DNA of 64,000 nucleotides from Bacteriovoracaceae bacterium UBA1511 (GTDB lineage Bacteria; Bdellovibrionota; Bacteriovoracia; Bacteriovoracales; Bacteriovoracaceae): contig DCQT01000033.1 in the NCBI GenBank assembly GCA_002323535.1, positions 31,663 to 95,662 of the forward strand. The letters run 5' to 3'. Made by a program: the position numbers and the translations under genes. Below the pieces are notes generated by a model. The model searched no databases. It saw only the letters and a program-made list of their open reading frames with translations, and was not told the DNA's origin. The stretch's first letter is position 1. Every line of letters starts with the position of its first letter. Below, piece by piece: positions 63,701 through 64,000 of this stretch.

Positions 63701-64000
63701 TTAAACACCTGGTATTGATGAACTAGTTATCTAAATGAAAGGGGAAAATCAAGAACTTGGGGTGTTTTTATAGGTGATTTGGCGATGTAAATGCACGAAA
63801 AATGGAAAGTGCTGATCTTTAAATAATCTATTAGTAAAGGAGGGTGGTGACCTCATGATTCAATGATAAATCTAGTATAAAAAACCTAGTAGTAAACTCG
63901 CACAATATTTGTATAGGGAAAGAATTAAATTCTTATCCAAATAGGTGAAATTATTCTAAAATATAAGCTTAAACTCTCAATAAACAGGGAAAAAAATGTT

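Noticed and set aside
1-64000. rRNA, tRNA, tmRNA, riboswitch, CRISPR and IS elements
   Set aside because: Every intergenic gap over 60 bp was inspected by eye. None shows cloverleaf-compatible stems, known riboswitch cores, spaced repeats or terminal inverted repeats with a transposase. A covariance-model scan (tRNAscan-SE/Infernal) would be needed for certainty.

Overview
AT-rich bacterial chromosomal segment, densely coding on both strands. I saw no rRNA, tRNA, CRISPR array, transposase or integrase by eye. Recognisable housekeeping genes: Mrp/ApbC-DUF971 plus Nfu (Fe-S), rpsU, a polyamine/adenine block (eukaryote-type AdoMetDC, speE, EVE, apt), gluQ, menB, folE, a DTW protein, mltA, an MltD-like LysM transglycosylase, msrA, a Ser/Thr kinase, an iron-type ABC importer, and cmoA/cmoB. 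Between these lie many large signal-peptide proteins with no assignable family or only a catalytic motif: two zincins, a trypsin-like protease, a papain-like protease and an adenosine-deaminase-like hydrolase. That pattern fits a low-GC predatory (Bacteriovorax/Halobacteriovorax-like) bacterium, but this is inference only.

The strongest candidates for something undescribed are:
1. A tightly coupled minus-strand module at 26355-34718: orphan zincin, then a 1774-aa Cys/Lys-rich giant protein, then a secreted ADA-like hydrolase. Palindromes lie over two of its start codons.
2. A papain-fold peptidase whose catalytic Cys and His/Asn motifs are about 600 aa apart (9375-11588).
3. Two divergently encoded giant secreted proteins that share a roughly 150-aa Cys-rich module, including a 67-nt inverted nucleotide match (19149-25618).
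4. A eukaryote-type (class 2) S-adenosylmethionine decarboxylase in a speE-EVE-apt operon.
5. An orphan type-Ia ParA-like ATPase with coiled-coil, FecR-like and small-protein neighbours (50483-53730).
6. An AurF-like diiron oxygenase, epoxide-hydrolase-like, M24-like and SDR cluster (58619-62014).

All family calls rest on motifs read by eye from the translations. No database search was run.
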